Virus record (IMG/VR): IMGVR_UViG_3300025945_000001 | Strand: one strand, 5' to 3' | DNA from: an uncultured virus (IMG/VR IMGVR_UViG_3300025945_000001) | Taxonomy: Duplodnaviria > Heunggongvirae > Uroviricota > Caudoviricetes | DNA: 64,000 nucleotides | Shown here: in pieces, positions 35,811 through 45,550 of the stretch | How positions within the stretch are numbered: position 1 is the stretch's first letter | Layout of the letters: each line of letters begins with the position of its first letter | Notes under the pieces: generated by a model | What the model was told of the DNA's origin: nothing | Database searches by the model: none | What the model saw: the letters and a program-made list of their open reading frames with translations, nothing else | Made by a program: the position numbers and the translations under genes

Positions 35811-36155
35811 GTGCGCGTCACTCGTCACCTACGTCTGGTTCCGTCCTACGTCGACGTTGTGGCGCGCCGAACCGACGAGGCGGCGTTTCGCGACGCCGTC
35901 CCGTCGGACCTCTACGGTGGACACTACCGGGTGGTGCGGGTAGGACGCTTCGTGGCGGGACGCGCGAGCGTGTACGCGGCGGCGTACGTGCTCACGGAGC
36001 TTACCACGCCGGTGATGGCCACCGCGCTGTACTCGACGCACCTACTGGTGATGCACGACGACCTCGGCCTCCAGCGGCCACTGTGGAAGCTGACCTACAG
36101 CGCGTTCGGCTTCGCCACTCTCGAGGAGGCCCAGGCCGACCTGGAACGGCGGTAA
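35811..36155 (+). CDS. Hypothetical protein
   Basis: AGGAGG RBS with GTG start. Confidence 0.5.
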   Translation: MRVTRHLRLVPSYVDVVARRTDEAAFRDAVPSDLYGGHYRVVRVGRFVAGRASVYAAAYVLTELTTPVMATALYSTHLLVMHDDLGLQRPLWKLTYSAFGFATLEEAQADLERR

Positions 36156-36164
36156 AATTCATCC

Positions 36165-36203
36165 AAACCCGTTGTTGCGCAACGACGTCATGTATGATAT
36201 AGT
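36165..36203 (+). promoter_or_regulatory. sigma70-type promoter
   Basis: AAACCCGTtg-TTGCGC-17 bp (ending TGA)-TATAGT. Confidence 0.65.
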
Positions 36204-36261
36204 GGTCAACGCAGGGCAACAACGCGCAGTCGAGAATACCAGGATGAAGGAGAGAACAGCC

Positions 36262-37197
36262 ATGAATGCGGTCGACACCCAGACCTTCACGTCGCGTACG
36301 GTTCCGTGGATGCACGTGGGTACCGTCATCGACGATCCCGACGTCTCGAGCGCCGAGGCGGCGAAGCTTGGCGGCCTCGACTTCAAGGTCGCGCTCGGCA
36401 AGGCGCTTTACACCGACGAGCGGGGTGTGACCCGCAACGTGCCCAACCGACGCGCGGTGCACCGCGAGGACGACGGCACCTTCTTCAGCTTCGTGTCGAA
36501 CGACTACGCGCCGGTCCAGTACGCCGAGGCCTTCCAGTTCATGGACCTCGTTCGCCCGCGCTACGTCGCGGCCGGCACGTTCAGCGGTGGTCGCCAGGCG
36601 TTCATGGTCGTGCAGTTCCCCGACCACGCGACGGTCGACCCCGAGCCGGGTGGCGTGTCCGACCCGCACGATCTGTACGCCGTGTTGCGGACGTCACACG
36701 ACCTGTCGAAGGCCATTGAGGTGGCGGTGCTGCCGCTGCGTCACCGGTGCATGAACCAGCTTCGCCTGCGGTCGCTCACGCGTGGCGTCCAGGACCGCTG
36801 GTCGATCAGGCACGTGGGTGACCCCCAGAAGAAGCTCAAGGACGCCATCGACGCCATGACGCGTACCACCCGGTACGGCGAGGTGTTCGAGGGTATGGTT
36901 CGACAGCTCAACTCCGTGAACGTCGACAACACCACCGTGCGCACCGTGCTGCGTCTCGTCCTGCCCGACAGGCCCAAGCGCGGTGAGCAGATCGACTCGA
37001 TCATCTCGGCGTTCGAGAGCAGCCCGGAGGTGGGCTTCCCCGGTACCGGCTGGGGCGCCGTCAACGCTGTGAGCGAGTACTTCGAGCACGGCCGCGCGTC
37101 GGGTACGCGCACGTCGCAGGCCCGGTTCACCGGTGGTCTCGACGGACAGACCCGGAAGTTCGTGGACCGCACCGCCCAGCTCCTGCTGAACCGGTAA
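36262..37197 (+). CDS. DUF932 family protein
   Basis: R.VPW...G, GGLDF.V, VS.DY.PVQ..EAF, AG.F.GGR..F, SHD.S, R.RC.NQL, GT.WGA.NAVSEY.EH. Confidence 0.88.
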   Translation: MNAVDTQTFTSRTVPWMHVGTVIDDPDVSSAEAAKLGGLDFKVALGKALYTDERGVTRNVPNRRAVHREDDGTFFSFVSNDYAPVQYAEAFQFMDLVRPRYVAAGTFSGGRQAFMVVQFPDHATVDPEPGGVSDPHDLYAVLRTSHDLSKAIEVAVLPLRHRCMNQLRLRSLTRGVQDRWSIRHVGDPQKKLKDAIDAMTRTTRYGEVFEGMVRQLNSVNVDNTTVRTVLRLVLPDRPKRGEQIDSIISAFESSPEVGFPGTGWGAVNAVSEYFEHGRASGTRTSQARFTGGLDGQTRKFVDRTAQLLLNR

Positions 37198-37227
37198 CGT
37201 CCCAGATTACAAGGAAGTGAGGATCTA

Positions 37228-38121
37228 ATGGCTAGTAGAGCAGCGGTACCTACGATCACCAGGCCCACGTTCTCGACCTCAACGGTCGACGGACGACCAC
37301 GGCCCGAGCCGGTCACGAAGCGTATGACCGTGACGCCGAAGGTCGCCACCGAGTGGCTGCGTCACGACGAGCAGGCCGGCGAGGTGGTCAACCGAACGCC
37401 GTCGATTCCCCGCGTCGTGCAGTACGCGCGGGACATGGCAGCCGGCCACTGGTTCGACACCGGCATTCCGATCATCATCGACTGGGACGGCCACGTGCGC
37501 GACGGCCTCCAGCGGTTGATGGCGCTGATTCGCAGCAACGTGTCACTGCGCATGAACGTCGTGACCGGGGTCGACCCGGCCGCGCAGATCGCCATGGACC
37601 GAGGTCGACCTCGCAGCATCGCCGACGACTTCCGGATCGCGCGCAAGCCGAACGCGACCGTGCTCTCGGCGACCACCGTTCTCGTCCTTCGTTGGCAGGC
37701 CGCGAAGGTCTTCTCGTCTCACTGGAAGCCCACGCCGTACGAGATCTTTGAGTTCGAGCGTGACAACAACGAGCGACTCGACCACGCGGTGCGCGAGGGG
37801 TCGCGGATCAACCGCAACCTGCCGAAGGCCACCCGGAGCGCGCTGTCGGCCGGCCTGTTCGGCGCCCTCAGCGTCGACGAGCAGCAGGCGATCGAGTTCT
37901 TCACGTCGTTGGACACCGGCGCCGATCTCAAGAACGACAGCCCGATCCTCGCGCTGCGCAACACGATCGGACGCTACGGCAACAAGGCGCCGAAGCCCAA
38001 GCAGGGTGAGCAGCTCTACCAGATCATCAAGGCGTGGAACCTGTGGCGCGCCGAGAAGCCGGCCAAGGCGATCATCATTCCCTCGCAGCTCACGTCCGAC
38101 AACTTCCCGGTGATGAAGTGA
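37228..38121 (+). CDS. ParB/Srx-N-like domain protein
   Basis: VTP..A.EWL...NR...V.QYARDM..G.W..TG.PIIID..G...DG.QRL.A...D.GRPRS..D. Confidence 0.7.
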   Translation: MASRAAVPTITRPTFSTSTVDGRPRPEPVTKRMTVTPKVATEWLRHDEQAGEVVNRTPSIPRVVQYARDMAAGHWFDTGIPIIIDWDGHVRDGLQRLMALIRSNVSLRMNVVTGVDPAAQIAMDRGRPRSIADDFRIARKPNATVLSATTVLVLRWQAAKVFSSHWKPTPYEIFEFERDNNERLDHAVREGSRINRNLPKATRSALSAGLFGALSVDEQQAIEFFTSLDTGADLKNDSPILALRNTIGRYGNKAPKPKQGEQLYQIIKAWNLWRAEKPAKAIIIPSQLTSDNFPVMK

Positions 38122-38603
38122 CCGAGCCCACGAACGACTCCGAGTCGCTGCGCACCCGAACCAACGACATCTCACTCAGGGCGCTGCGTTACATGACACA
38201 GCGTCCGGGACAGGTCGTGTTCGTCGACGAGATCGCCGAGGGAACCGGCTTCACGCAGAAGCAGATCGTCAGCGCGCTGGGCTACCTCCGCGCCAAGAAC
38301 GACGTCATGCGGGTCGAGATCAAGGTCATCGTCGCGGGCAAGTCGTGGCAGTACCTGCCTACCATGCAGCCGCAGGTGGCGACGCCCGAGCGCGAGCAAC
38401 CCCACGTCTCGGCGCCCCCGCCGTCAACCGAGCCGGCGGCGTCGACCACGCCAGCCAAGCCCCGCCAACGCGCCGCGCGTGCCGTAACCAACGGCAATGC
38501 CGAGCTGTTCGAGGAGGTCGGGCGCATGGCCGACGACGGAATTATCATCAAGGATAGTCGTGGGGTCATGTACGTCGCGCGCAAGCTAACGACGCAGGTC
38601 TAG
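38118..38603 (+). CDS. Winged-helix DNA-binding protein
   Basis: PGQVVFVDEIAEGTGFTQKQIVSALGYLR. Confidence 0.6.
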   Translation: MTEPTNDSESLRTRTNDISLRALRYMTQRPGQVVFVDEIAEGTGFTQKQIVSALGYLRAKNDVMRVEIKVIVAGKSWQYLPTMQPQVATPEREQPHVSAPPPSTEPAASTTPAKPRQRAARAVTNGNAELFEEVGRMADDGIIIKDSRGVMYVARKLTTQV

Positions 38604-38615
38604 GGGGAGGTCTAC

Positions 38616-39002
38616 TTGATCACAGAGCGGGTGGTCGTGATGGAGAACGACTGGCAGTCCGACCCGCGACGCGCGTGTCGCGATCAACCACGAGAGTGGT
38701 TCTACCCCGTTACCTACGACGCGTTCGGCAACGTCGACGAGGACGCTCCCGAACCACCCTGGCCCTCGCCGGAGGCCAAGGCCGTGTGCGACGCGTGTCC
38801 AGTCCAGGGAGACTGTCTCCAGTACGCGTTGGATCACTTTGAGGCCTACGGCGTGTGGGGTGGACTCAGCGCTTACCAGCGCGAACTACTCACCAAGCCC
38901 CTGCTGCGCAAGACCTGCCCGGGGTGCGGTTCGTATGACATCGTGATCACTGATCGGGACGAGCTGTGCATCGCGTGCGGCGTGTCCTGGCCCATCATCT
39001 GA
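38616..39002 (+). CDS. whiB: WhiB-family transcription factor
   Basis: W....AC......WFYP...AKAVCDACPV...CL.YAL....GVWGGLS..QR; extra C-terminal Zn ribbon. Confidence 0.92.
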   Translation: MITERVVVMENDWQSDPRRACRDQPREWFYPVTYDAFGNVDEDAPEPPWPSPEAKAVCDACPVQGDCLQYALDHFEAYGVWGGLSAYQRELLTKPLLRKTCPGCGSYDIVITDRDELCIACGVSWPII

Positions 39003-39022
39003 CGTTTAGGTAAACGAACTCA

Positions 39023-39355
39023 GTGCGATACCGGAGGTACTACGAACGGAGGCTCGACGTGATTCATGTAACGACGCAATTGATTGGGCAGGTACTCTCG
39101 GTGGCGTTTCCGATCACGGTGGGTATCAGCGTCTTCCTCTGCGGCAAGGGTAAGCGGATCGGCTGGCTGATTGGTTTCATAGCTCAGATCACCTGCGGCA
39201 CGTTCGGTGTCATCACCGGCTTCTGGGGTTGGCTGTTGAGCCCAATCATCGTGGGACCGTTCTTCGCCTACAACTACTTCAAGTGGAGAAGGAGGGATCG
39301 CGAACGTGAAGCTCAAGAGCGTGAGTCACTTACGGACGAACCGACACTGTGCTGA
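39023..39355 (+). CDS. PnuC-like small membrane protein
   Basis: Several TM segments; G.GKRIGWLIG...Q...YNYFKW pattern of actinophage PnuC-like proteins. Confidence 0.55.
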   Translation: MRYRRYYERRLDVIHVTTQLIGQVLSVAFPITVGISVFLCGKGKRIGWLIGFIAQITCGTFGVITGFWGWLLSPIIVGPFFAYNYFKWRRRDREREAQERESLTDEPTLC

Positions 39356-39835
39356 CGTCGAACACGACGACCTACACCCGGCGTGGCGAGTCGTGGGCGA
39401 TATCGTGTTCGTCGTGGTAGTGTACTTCCTACTCCTGCTGCTGGGGCTGTACCTCGTCCTGCAGGCGTTTGGCATCGAGCCCACGACCGAGCGACTGCTG
39501 CTCGGCACACTAGGTCTCTGGATCATCGTTACCGTGAGTCGAGTCGAGTAGGGAGGCACCGTGAAGCGGCGAACGCGAAGTGCGGCTGAGGTCGACGTGT
39601 TTGGTCCCTGGCGTCACATCTACGTGTGGACGCAACGCGCCGGTGCAACCAGTCGCGTCAAGCGTCGCGCCCGTCGACGCGAGCGCAGCGAGGCGCGAAC
39701 GTACGTGCGCAACCAGCTCGCCGCCGACGTCAACGACGCGCGCTCGGACGCGCGCTAGGAAACGCTAGCCAACCGCTACGACGTCCTAGTATGATTAACG
39801 CGTAGCCGGGAACGACGGAAGGTTAGGAGAACGCG

Positions 39836-40243
39836 ATGACCAACGTGACGCAACTGCGCCAGTACACACGCGAGTACGAGGACGCGCTCGACCGCATCTG
39901 CGACATCGTGATTGCGAACTCGGAAGGCAAGAGCGCGAGTCGCCGCGAGCGCCTCCGTCAGGTGGTGCTGTCGCTGACCAAGAGCCTCGTGGAGATCGCT
40001 CAGCGTCCGGACGAACCGGACGGCGACGTCGTACGCTTTACCAAGCGGTTCCGAGGCGACAGCAAGCTGTACGACTACGTGGCCGTGAAGGCGGGTGGTC
40101 ACTGGTACTTGAGCTGTCGCGACCGGCGCAACGACCAGCCGCTCACCTGGGACGAGCTGCTCGACTTCGCCTACGACTCCTACGGCTCGCAGTTGACGCT
40201 GCGAGTGGCCGAGGACTGGCTTCCCGTCTTTGAGAAGAACTGA
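39836..40243 (+). CDS. Hypothetical phage protein
   Basis: AGGAG RBS; EP.G.VVRF.K.F....YDYVAVKAGG.WY...TWDELL. Confidence 0.65.
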   Translation: MTNVTQLRQYTREYEDALDRICDIVIANSEGKSASRRERLRQVVLSLTKSLVEIAQRPDEPDGDVVRFTKRFRGDSKLYDYVAVKAGGHWYLSCRDRRNDQPLTWDELLDFAYDSYGSQLTLRVAEDWLPVFEKN

Positions 40244-40642
40244 CGTGGGTCTCACGAGGCGTCAGTACGTCGGCGCCATCTGCGCCGATGTTGCCTGGTT
40301 GCGCTGGCGCGACCGACTCCGCGTCGCGTGGGCGCTGCTCACGCAACACGCCACGAACGAGCGCGGCGAGCGCGCTTACTACGATAGGTGAGGACACAAA
40401 TGACATGACCGTGCAGGAACTACTCGACCACGAGGACGCCACCATCTTCGCCGAGGTACCCTGCGTCCGCTGCGACGCGGTCGGGACGCTGGTGCTGTTC
40501 TACAAGCTAGAGGGTCGAGCGCTCGGCACCTGGTCGCTGGCCGGCGTGCAGACCAAGGTCTCGGCGCGGCCCTGGCCGTACGTCCGCTGCGACGCGACGC
40601 GCGGGGGCTGCGCGGCCGAGTGCCGCGGTAAGCGCGCGTCCG

Positions 40643-41059
40643 ATGGTTAGTGTCATCGGCGTTACCGCGACACGAAGTCCGTTGACGCACGCGCAACTCA
40701 CGTGGCTGTGGTTGCGATTGCGTGACTACCATCGACCCGGAATCCAGCTTCACTACGGCGACTGCGTCAACGGCGACGCCGCCGCTTTCCAGATGGCGAT
40801 GGAGCTTGGTTACGTGACCGTTATGCACCCACCGGTTAACGCGTGGCTGCGCGCGTTCACGATACCGGACGTGGAACTGGTTCCCGAGCCGTACCTAGCA
40901 CGCAATCACAACATGGTCGATATGATCAACCTGCTCTTGGCCGTGCCCGACGGACCCGAGCGTCCGCGCAGCGGTACCTGGGCGACGGTGCGGTATGCGC
41001 GCCGGGTCGGCTGTTCCATCCGCAACTGGTGGTACGAGCGGAACGTGACGACGTCCTAG
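40643..41059 (+). CDS. SLOG-superfamily (DprA/YspA-like) protein
   Basis: IGVTATR, LH.GDC..GD, HPP, YLARNHNMVD, LLAVP, RSGTWATVRYAR. Confidence 0.8.
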   Translation: MVSVIGVTATRSPLTHAQLTWLWLRLRDYHRPGIQLHYGDCVNGDAAAFQMAMELGYVTVMHPPVNAWLRAFTIPDVELVPEPYLARNHNMVDMINLLLAVPDGPERPRSGTWATVRYARRVGCSIRNWWYERNVTTS

Positions 41060-41098
41060 AAACTCGTACTAGACATTCAAGTGATCGTGTGATAAAAT
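41060..41098 (+). promoter_or_regulatory. sigma70-type promoter
   Basis: AAACTCGTac-TAGACA-17 bp (ending TGA)-TAAAAT. Confidence 0.75.
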
Positions 41099-41150
41099 GA
41101 TAGCAACGCAGCGAACGAACGCGATCACCCGGAACGTAAGGAGCGAGTGG

Positions 41151-41921
41151 ATGACGAACCAGCCGAACGAAGCCACCGAGCGCACCCGCGAGCGTCTGGC
41201 GACCCTGCTCCAGCAGGCGCAGGACCTGCGTGGCCGTGGCAACCACCACGAGGCGGACGCCGCGCTCGCGCGCGCCGAGGCGATCATGCTCAAGTACGCG
41301 CTCGACGAGTCCGACGCCCTGGCGCGCGACGGCGTGACGTCGACGATCCGCGAGGCCGTCCAGAAGCTCGTCATACCGCTCACCGGCATCTACCGGCAGG
41401 CCGAGGCGACCGTGCTCGCGCAGGTGGCGAAGGCGTTCGGCACCGCGGAGGCGATCATCGCCACCGACTGGAACGGCAGGGGCAAGGACGAGCTGTGGAT
41501 CGTCAGTCACGCCTCGGAGCTGGCGCGCCTGAACGTCATGCTCGCGTCGATTCGGATGCAGCTCAAGATCGCGCTCGACAAGTTCTGGAACGCGAACAAG
41601 AACATCTTCGATGGCCGCACGTCGATGGAGAAGTTCAAGGCTCGCCGGCAGTTCATGTTGTCGTTCGGGCGCGGCGTGGCCGAGCGGATCGAGCGCACCC
41701 GCGCCGAGCAGGTCGCCGAGCACCCCGGCGTCGCGCTCATGCTCGAAGCGCACATGACCGACATCAAGGACTTTCTCGATCAGTTCCAGACCCGAATGAC
41801 TAAGTCACGCGTTTCGCCGGGCAGCTACGCGGCGCACCAGGCTGGTCTCGCGGCCGGTCTCGCGACTCCCACCGGTGAGACCCCGGTTGGGTCGTCGGCT
41901 CGTCCCCTGATCGGGAGGTAG
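41151..41921 (+). CDS. DUF2786-domain protein
   Basis: RLATLLQQA...EA.AA.ARA..IM.KYALD; RRQF..SF..GV..R; AG..AG. Confidence 0.8.
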   Translation: MTNQPNEATERTRERLATLLQQAQDLRGRGNHHEADAALARAEAIMLKYALDESDALARDGVTSTIREAVQKLVIPLTGIYRQAEATVLAQVAKAFGTAEAIIATDWNGRGKDELWIVSHASELARLNVMLASIRMQLKIALDKFWNANKNIFDGRTSMEKFKARRQFMLSFGRGVAERIERTRAEQVAEHPGVALMLEAHMTDIKDFLDQFQTRMTKSRVSPGSYAAHQAGLAAGLATPTGETPVGSSARPLIGR

Positions 41922-42107
41922 CGTGGAGACCAGGTGGGAGTTCGACGTCGACGTCTCGACGCACGACCTGCTGAAGCTCGGGGTCGTCGTGGCGGATCGA
42001 CGCCGCGTCGAGGTGCTCGCGACCGGGTACCTCGACGCCTCCCTCCTGGCCTGTCAACTGGCGTGCGTCGACGGCGCACTCCCAACCGACGTGTGGTGGA
42101 GGTTGTA

Positions 42108-42491
42108 ATGACGTGGCGTACCGAGGTGGCGGCGCTGCTGCCCTGGGTGGAGAGGTTGTCGGAGTCGACGCGCTGCGACGCCTACCGTCCGATGTCGTTC
42201 AAGGCACGGAGGGATCCCGAGCGGCGCGAGCAGCACCGCTGCCGCTCGCTCGGGTGGTGGAAGTTCACGGCGCGTCGTGACGTACCTCACCCCGCGCCAA
42301 GTGGCACCTACTGCTGGGGGCACCTCGTGATGCACCTCATGGGCAACGACAAGGAAAACTACCGCTTCGAGGCCTGGTGTCGCGAGCACCTCGATCAGGT
42401 TAACGAGGTCCGTGCGCGTCACGGGTACGCGGGCACGCCGTGGAGGGTCTACGCACCTCCTAACCGACGATCGATGGACGGAGGACTGTAG
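42108..42491 (+). CDS. Hypothetical protein (Cys/His-rich)
   Basis: GGAGG RBS; C...C...YCWGH. Confidence 0.5.
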   Translation: MTWRTEVAALLPWVERLSESTRCDAYRPMSFKARRDPERREQHRCRSLGWWKFTARRDVPHPAPSGTYCWGHLVMHLMGNDKENYRFEAWCREHLDQVNEVRARHGYAGTPWRVYAPPNRRSMDGGL

Positions 42492-42910
42492 TGCTTGAGC
42501 TGTGCAACGCCGCCGAGGCGGTCTTCTACCTACGCGGTGATCAGGTGTTCGTGTACTGGGCACCCGGCGACGCGACCGTGTACCGAGTCACACTCGTCAA
42601 GGCCGTCGAGTTCGGTCTCAACGCCATGTCCGATCAAGCCGACGTGCACGCGCTGCTGATGCTCGTCGGTCGCGAGGGCTACCGGCAGCACCTCCTCGTG
42701 CCCGCGCCAGCGCGCGATCGTAGCTGGACCGCGCAGTCGTTCGTCCGCGCGTTCGGCGTCGACAGAGCCGGCTGGTGGGCGGGCGTACGCCCGCTGCTCG
42801 CCGCTCTCGGGTGGACACCCGAGGATCAGCGTGGACTACGCTACGACCCCAACGACGCCGTCGTCGCGGCGAACGTTCTGCAAGCTATCTCGGAGGGAAC
42901 GAACCGATGA
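42491..42910 (+). CDS. Hypothetical protein
   Basis: GGAGG RBS; coupled ORF. Confidence 0.5.
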   Translation: MLELCNAAEAVFYLRGDQVFVYWAPGDATVYRVTLVKAVEFGLNAMSDQADVHALLMLVGREGYRQHLLVPAPARDRSWTAQSFVRAFGVDRAGWWAGVRPLLAALGWTPEDQRGLRYDPNDAVVAANVLQAISEGTNR

Positions 42911-43323
42911 CCACACTTCCCACGCCACGCGGGTACGACCTAGCGCTGTGCTGGTCGATCATGACTCGTCGCTCGGACGGGACGACGCGACTGGACCGCG
43001 AGTGGGCGGCGTTCACCGCCGCCGGCGCGGCCACGCTGACCGGACTCACGTACCTACTACACGTCACCGTGCTGGCGGCGCGCACGACGCTAGGCCTCAC
43101 CCGCGTCGGCCGCCACGCGGCGCGTCACGGTCGGCGACACGCCAACTCGCGCGCCGTGGGCTCGATCGAGGTGATCGCGCACTACGTGGCAGCCGCGTTG
43201 ACCTGGACGGTGCACGGCGTCGACGGCGACGACCGCTCGGCGCTGTCGCGCGCTGGGCGCGTGCTCGTCAGCTCGACGCTCGCCACGCTCGCGGGAGGTG
43301 CGCTGTGGCTCCTGACGAGGTAG
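42907..43323 (+). CDS. Hypothetical membrane protein
   Basis: GGAGG RBS; hydrophobic segments. Confidence 0.45.
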   Translation: MTTLPTPRGYDLALCWSIMTRRSDGTTRLDREWAAFTAAGAATLTGLTYLLHVTVLAARTTLGLTRVGRHAARHGRRHANSRAVGSIEVIAHYVAAALTWTVHGVDGDDRSALSRAGRVLVSSTLATLAGGALWLLTR

Positions 43324-43556
43324 AGTACGTCCCGACCTTCCAGGAGGACGTCGTCGACGCGGCGACGTGGGCGTTGGTCTACGCGTGCTTCGCCGTGGTG
43401 GTCGCCGTCACGTTCGGCTTCGTCGGCTACCTCGCGTCACTGGGCTCGTTGCTGCCGCTCGCGTTCATCGCGGCGCTGTTCTGGTGCTGCCGTTACGGTG
43501 AGGTACCGACGCACACCATTTACCCAACCGAGAACGAGGGAGAGTAGGAAACGACG

Positions 43557-43964
43557 GTGAACTACGAGGAACTGCGACGGGTGTGGAAGCACATCGAGAC
43601 CAACCCACGACAGCACGACCAGGGCGCGTGGTACAGCGTGCCCTCCACGTACTTTCAGGTAACCGGTACGCGGTCGGGGCTTCCTTACACTAACGAGATC
43701 ACGTACCAGTTGACGGAACCCGAGTGGCAGTGCGGCACCACCGCGTGCCTCGCCGGCTGGACGGCGATCCTAAACGGGTGGCGACCGATCGAACCAAACG
43801 CAGCTTTCGTGACCGACGGCGAGCAGGTTAAGATCGTATATCACGTGGCGCGTAAGCTGCTCGACCTCACCGAGGAGCAGGCAATGGTGCTGTTCGACGG
43901 CGATCACACGTTCGACGAACTGCGCAGGTACGTGGAGCACTTCCTGGCCACCGAGTCCGCCTAA
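43557..43964 (+). CDS. Hypothetical phage protein (paralog A)
   Basis: I...P.QHDQ..W...CGTTACLAGW...AR.LLDLT.EQA..LF. Confidence 0.7.
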   Translation: MNYEELRRVWKHIETNPRQHDQGAWYSVPSTYFQVTGTRSGLPYTNEITYQLTEPEWQCGTTACLAGWTAILNGWRPIEPNAAFVTDGEQVKIVYHVARKLLDLTEEQAMVLFDGDHTFDELRRYVEHFLATESA

Positions 43965-44028
43965 CGTGAGTCATAGTGTGATTAACTGGTAGACTAGTCG
44001 CAGGAGCAACCGGAACGAAGGAGGTATC

Positions 44029-44397
44029 GTGGCTAACGTCAGCGCGCTACGGGCGACCCTCGATCGCATCGAGCGCGACCCCGAGTCGTGGCATCAGGTG
44101 TACTTCGGCTCGTACCACAACGGCGTCGCGCGGTACTGCTACGCCGGCCACGCCGCGGTCCTAGCCGGTGATCCGCCGGACATTGGGCGTCACACGCCCG
44201 AACTGGCGGTGTTCACGCTGAGTGGCGACTGGACGTTCGACGTCGCGCGCAGGTACCTCGACGTGACGACCAAGCAACTCACTCAGCTCGTTTGGCCCAA
44301 CAACACGCTCGACGACGTGCGGCGGCTCGTCGCCGAGTTCATAGCCAAGGAGGAAGAGGAAAGCTGCCGAGAAGCCATTGCGTCGGTGCGTCGATAG
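44029..44397 (+). CDS. Hypothetical phage protein (paralog B)
   Basis: AAGGAGG RBS; I...P.SW.Q..F...CYAGHA...ARR.LD.T..Q...L...NTLDD. Confidence 0.7.
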   Translation: MANVSALRATLDRIERDPESWHQVYFGSYHNGVARYCYAGHAAVLAGDPPDIGRHTPELAVFTLSGDWTFDVARRYLDVTTKQLTQLVWPNNTLDDVRRLVAEFIAKEEEESCREAIASVRR

Positions 44398-44561
44398 CGT
44401 GCCCGGGATTCGGCTGTTTCACCGCGCAAAGGACTCGCTAGGGGAGGCTACCCCGGGTATCCAACTCCCCGCGACGCGATCCTGCGTGACCGACGCTGCG
44501 AGAGGGTGGGTCGCGACGTATCCTGACACGTGCGTCGCGACCCCCTCACCAGGGAGAACAC

Positions 44562-44909
44562 ATGAAGTGGTTCGATCGACTCATCGACGACCAGCCGGCC
44601 GAGCCGGCCGAGCTCCGGGCCAAGCGCCTCAGCCGCGGCAATGCACCTCACCAGTACGGGGTCACGCTGTACGCGGCCGGTCACGAGTTCAACATGAAGA
44701 GCGTCGGTGAGGACGAGTACGACGCCGCCCTGAACTTCCAGCGGTGGATCGACGACGGCGAGGATCCCACCGAGGAGATCGGCGACGTGGTCGGCGACTG
44801 GCGCATCCTCGACGCGCGGTTCAAGGGCCAGGAGCTGGTGTTCATGTTTCGAGCTTCGTGGGTAGCGGGCTTCACAGTCACGAAGAAGCAGGCGGATCAC
44901 CGTGGCTAG
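44562..44909 (+). CDS. Hypothetical protein
   Basis: GGGAG RBS with ATG start. Confidence 0.55.
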   Translation: MKWFDRLIDDQPAEPAELRAKRLSRGNAPHQYGVTLYAAGHEFNMKSVGEDEYDAALNFQRWIDDGEDPTEEIGDVVGDWRILDARFKGQELVFMFRASWVAGFTVTKKQADHRG

Positions 44910-45171
44910 TGACGAGCGGTTCGCGACCACCAAGGTCATGTTTACTCACGAGGCGCTGCGACTCGACGAACTCACGCAGGCACGTGCCGCCGTGAACGTC
45001 TGCGTCGCCGCGACTCGGTCCGGCTACGGCGTCGGAGACGTGTCCGAGCTGCTCAACATGCTCGGCCTCGATCCCACCGAGGCACGTGCGCTACTACCCG
45101 AGATCAAGCGCACCCGGCTACTCGCCGAGGAGCGCTACGCTACCGCTAACGGTCACCAGGAGGACGAGTGA
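44902..45171 (+). CDS. Hypothetical protein
   Basis: D..ELL.MLGL motif common in actinophage small proteins. Confidence 0.5.
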   Translation: MASDERFATTKVMFTHEALRLDELTQARAAVNVCVAATRSGYGVGDVSELLNMLGLDPTEARALLPEIKRTRLLAEERYATANGHQEDE

Positions 45172-45550
45172 GTGAGCCGAACGGGCACCCCGAGGAACTT
45201 CTTCGTGAGGTTATCGGCGAAGAGTTGATCGAGCGCCTGGCCCACGCGTCGCGGGAGTACAACGTCACCATCGCCCTGTCCATCACACCCCTCGACGACG
45301 ACGAGGAAGGAGACTAGCGCGTGTTGACCGTACCGTTACACGCCGACGGCCAGCCCTGCGACAACTGTGGCCACCGGTCATCGGCGATCAGTGTGAACGT
45401 GCAGTACCTAGACCGTAACGGCGAGCTGTCGCGCGCCAATAAGGTGCATCCCTGCGGCTGTCTCCTCGGCGTGGACAAGGTGGCCAACGGTCGCGACTCG
45501 CGCAACGTACGGCGCGTGCCGCGGCAGCGCCGATCATCCCGGGTGATGCA

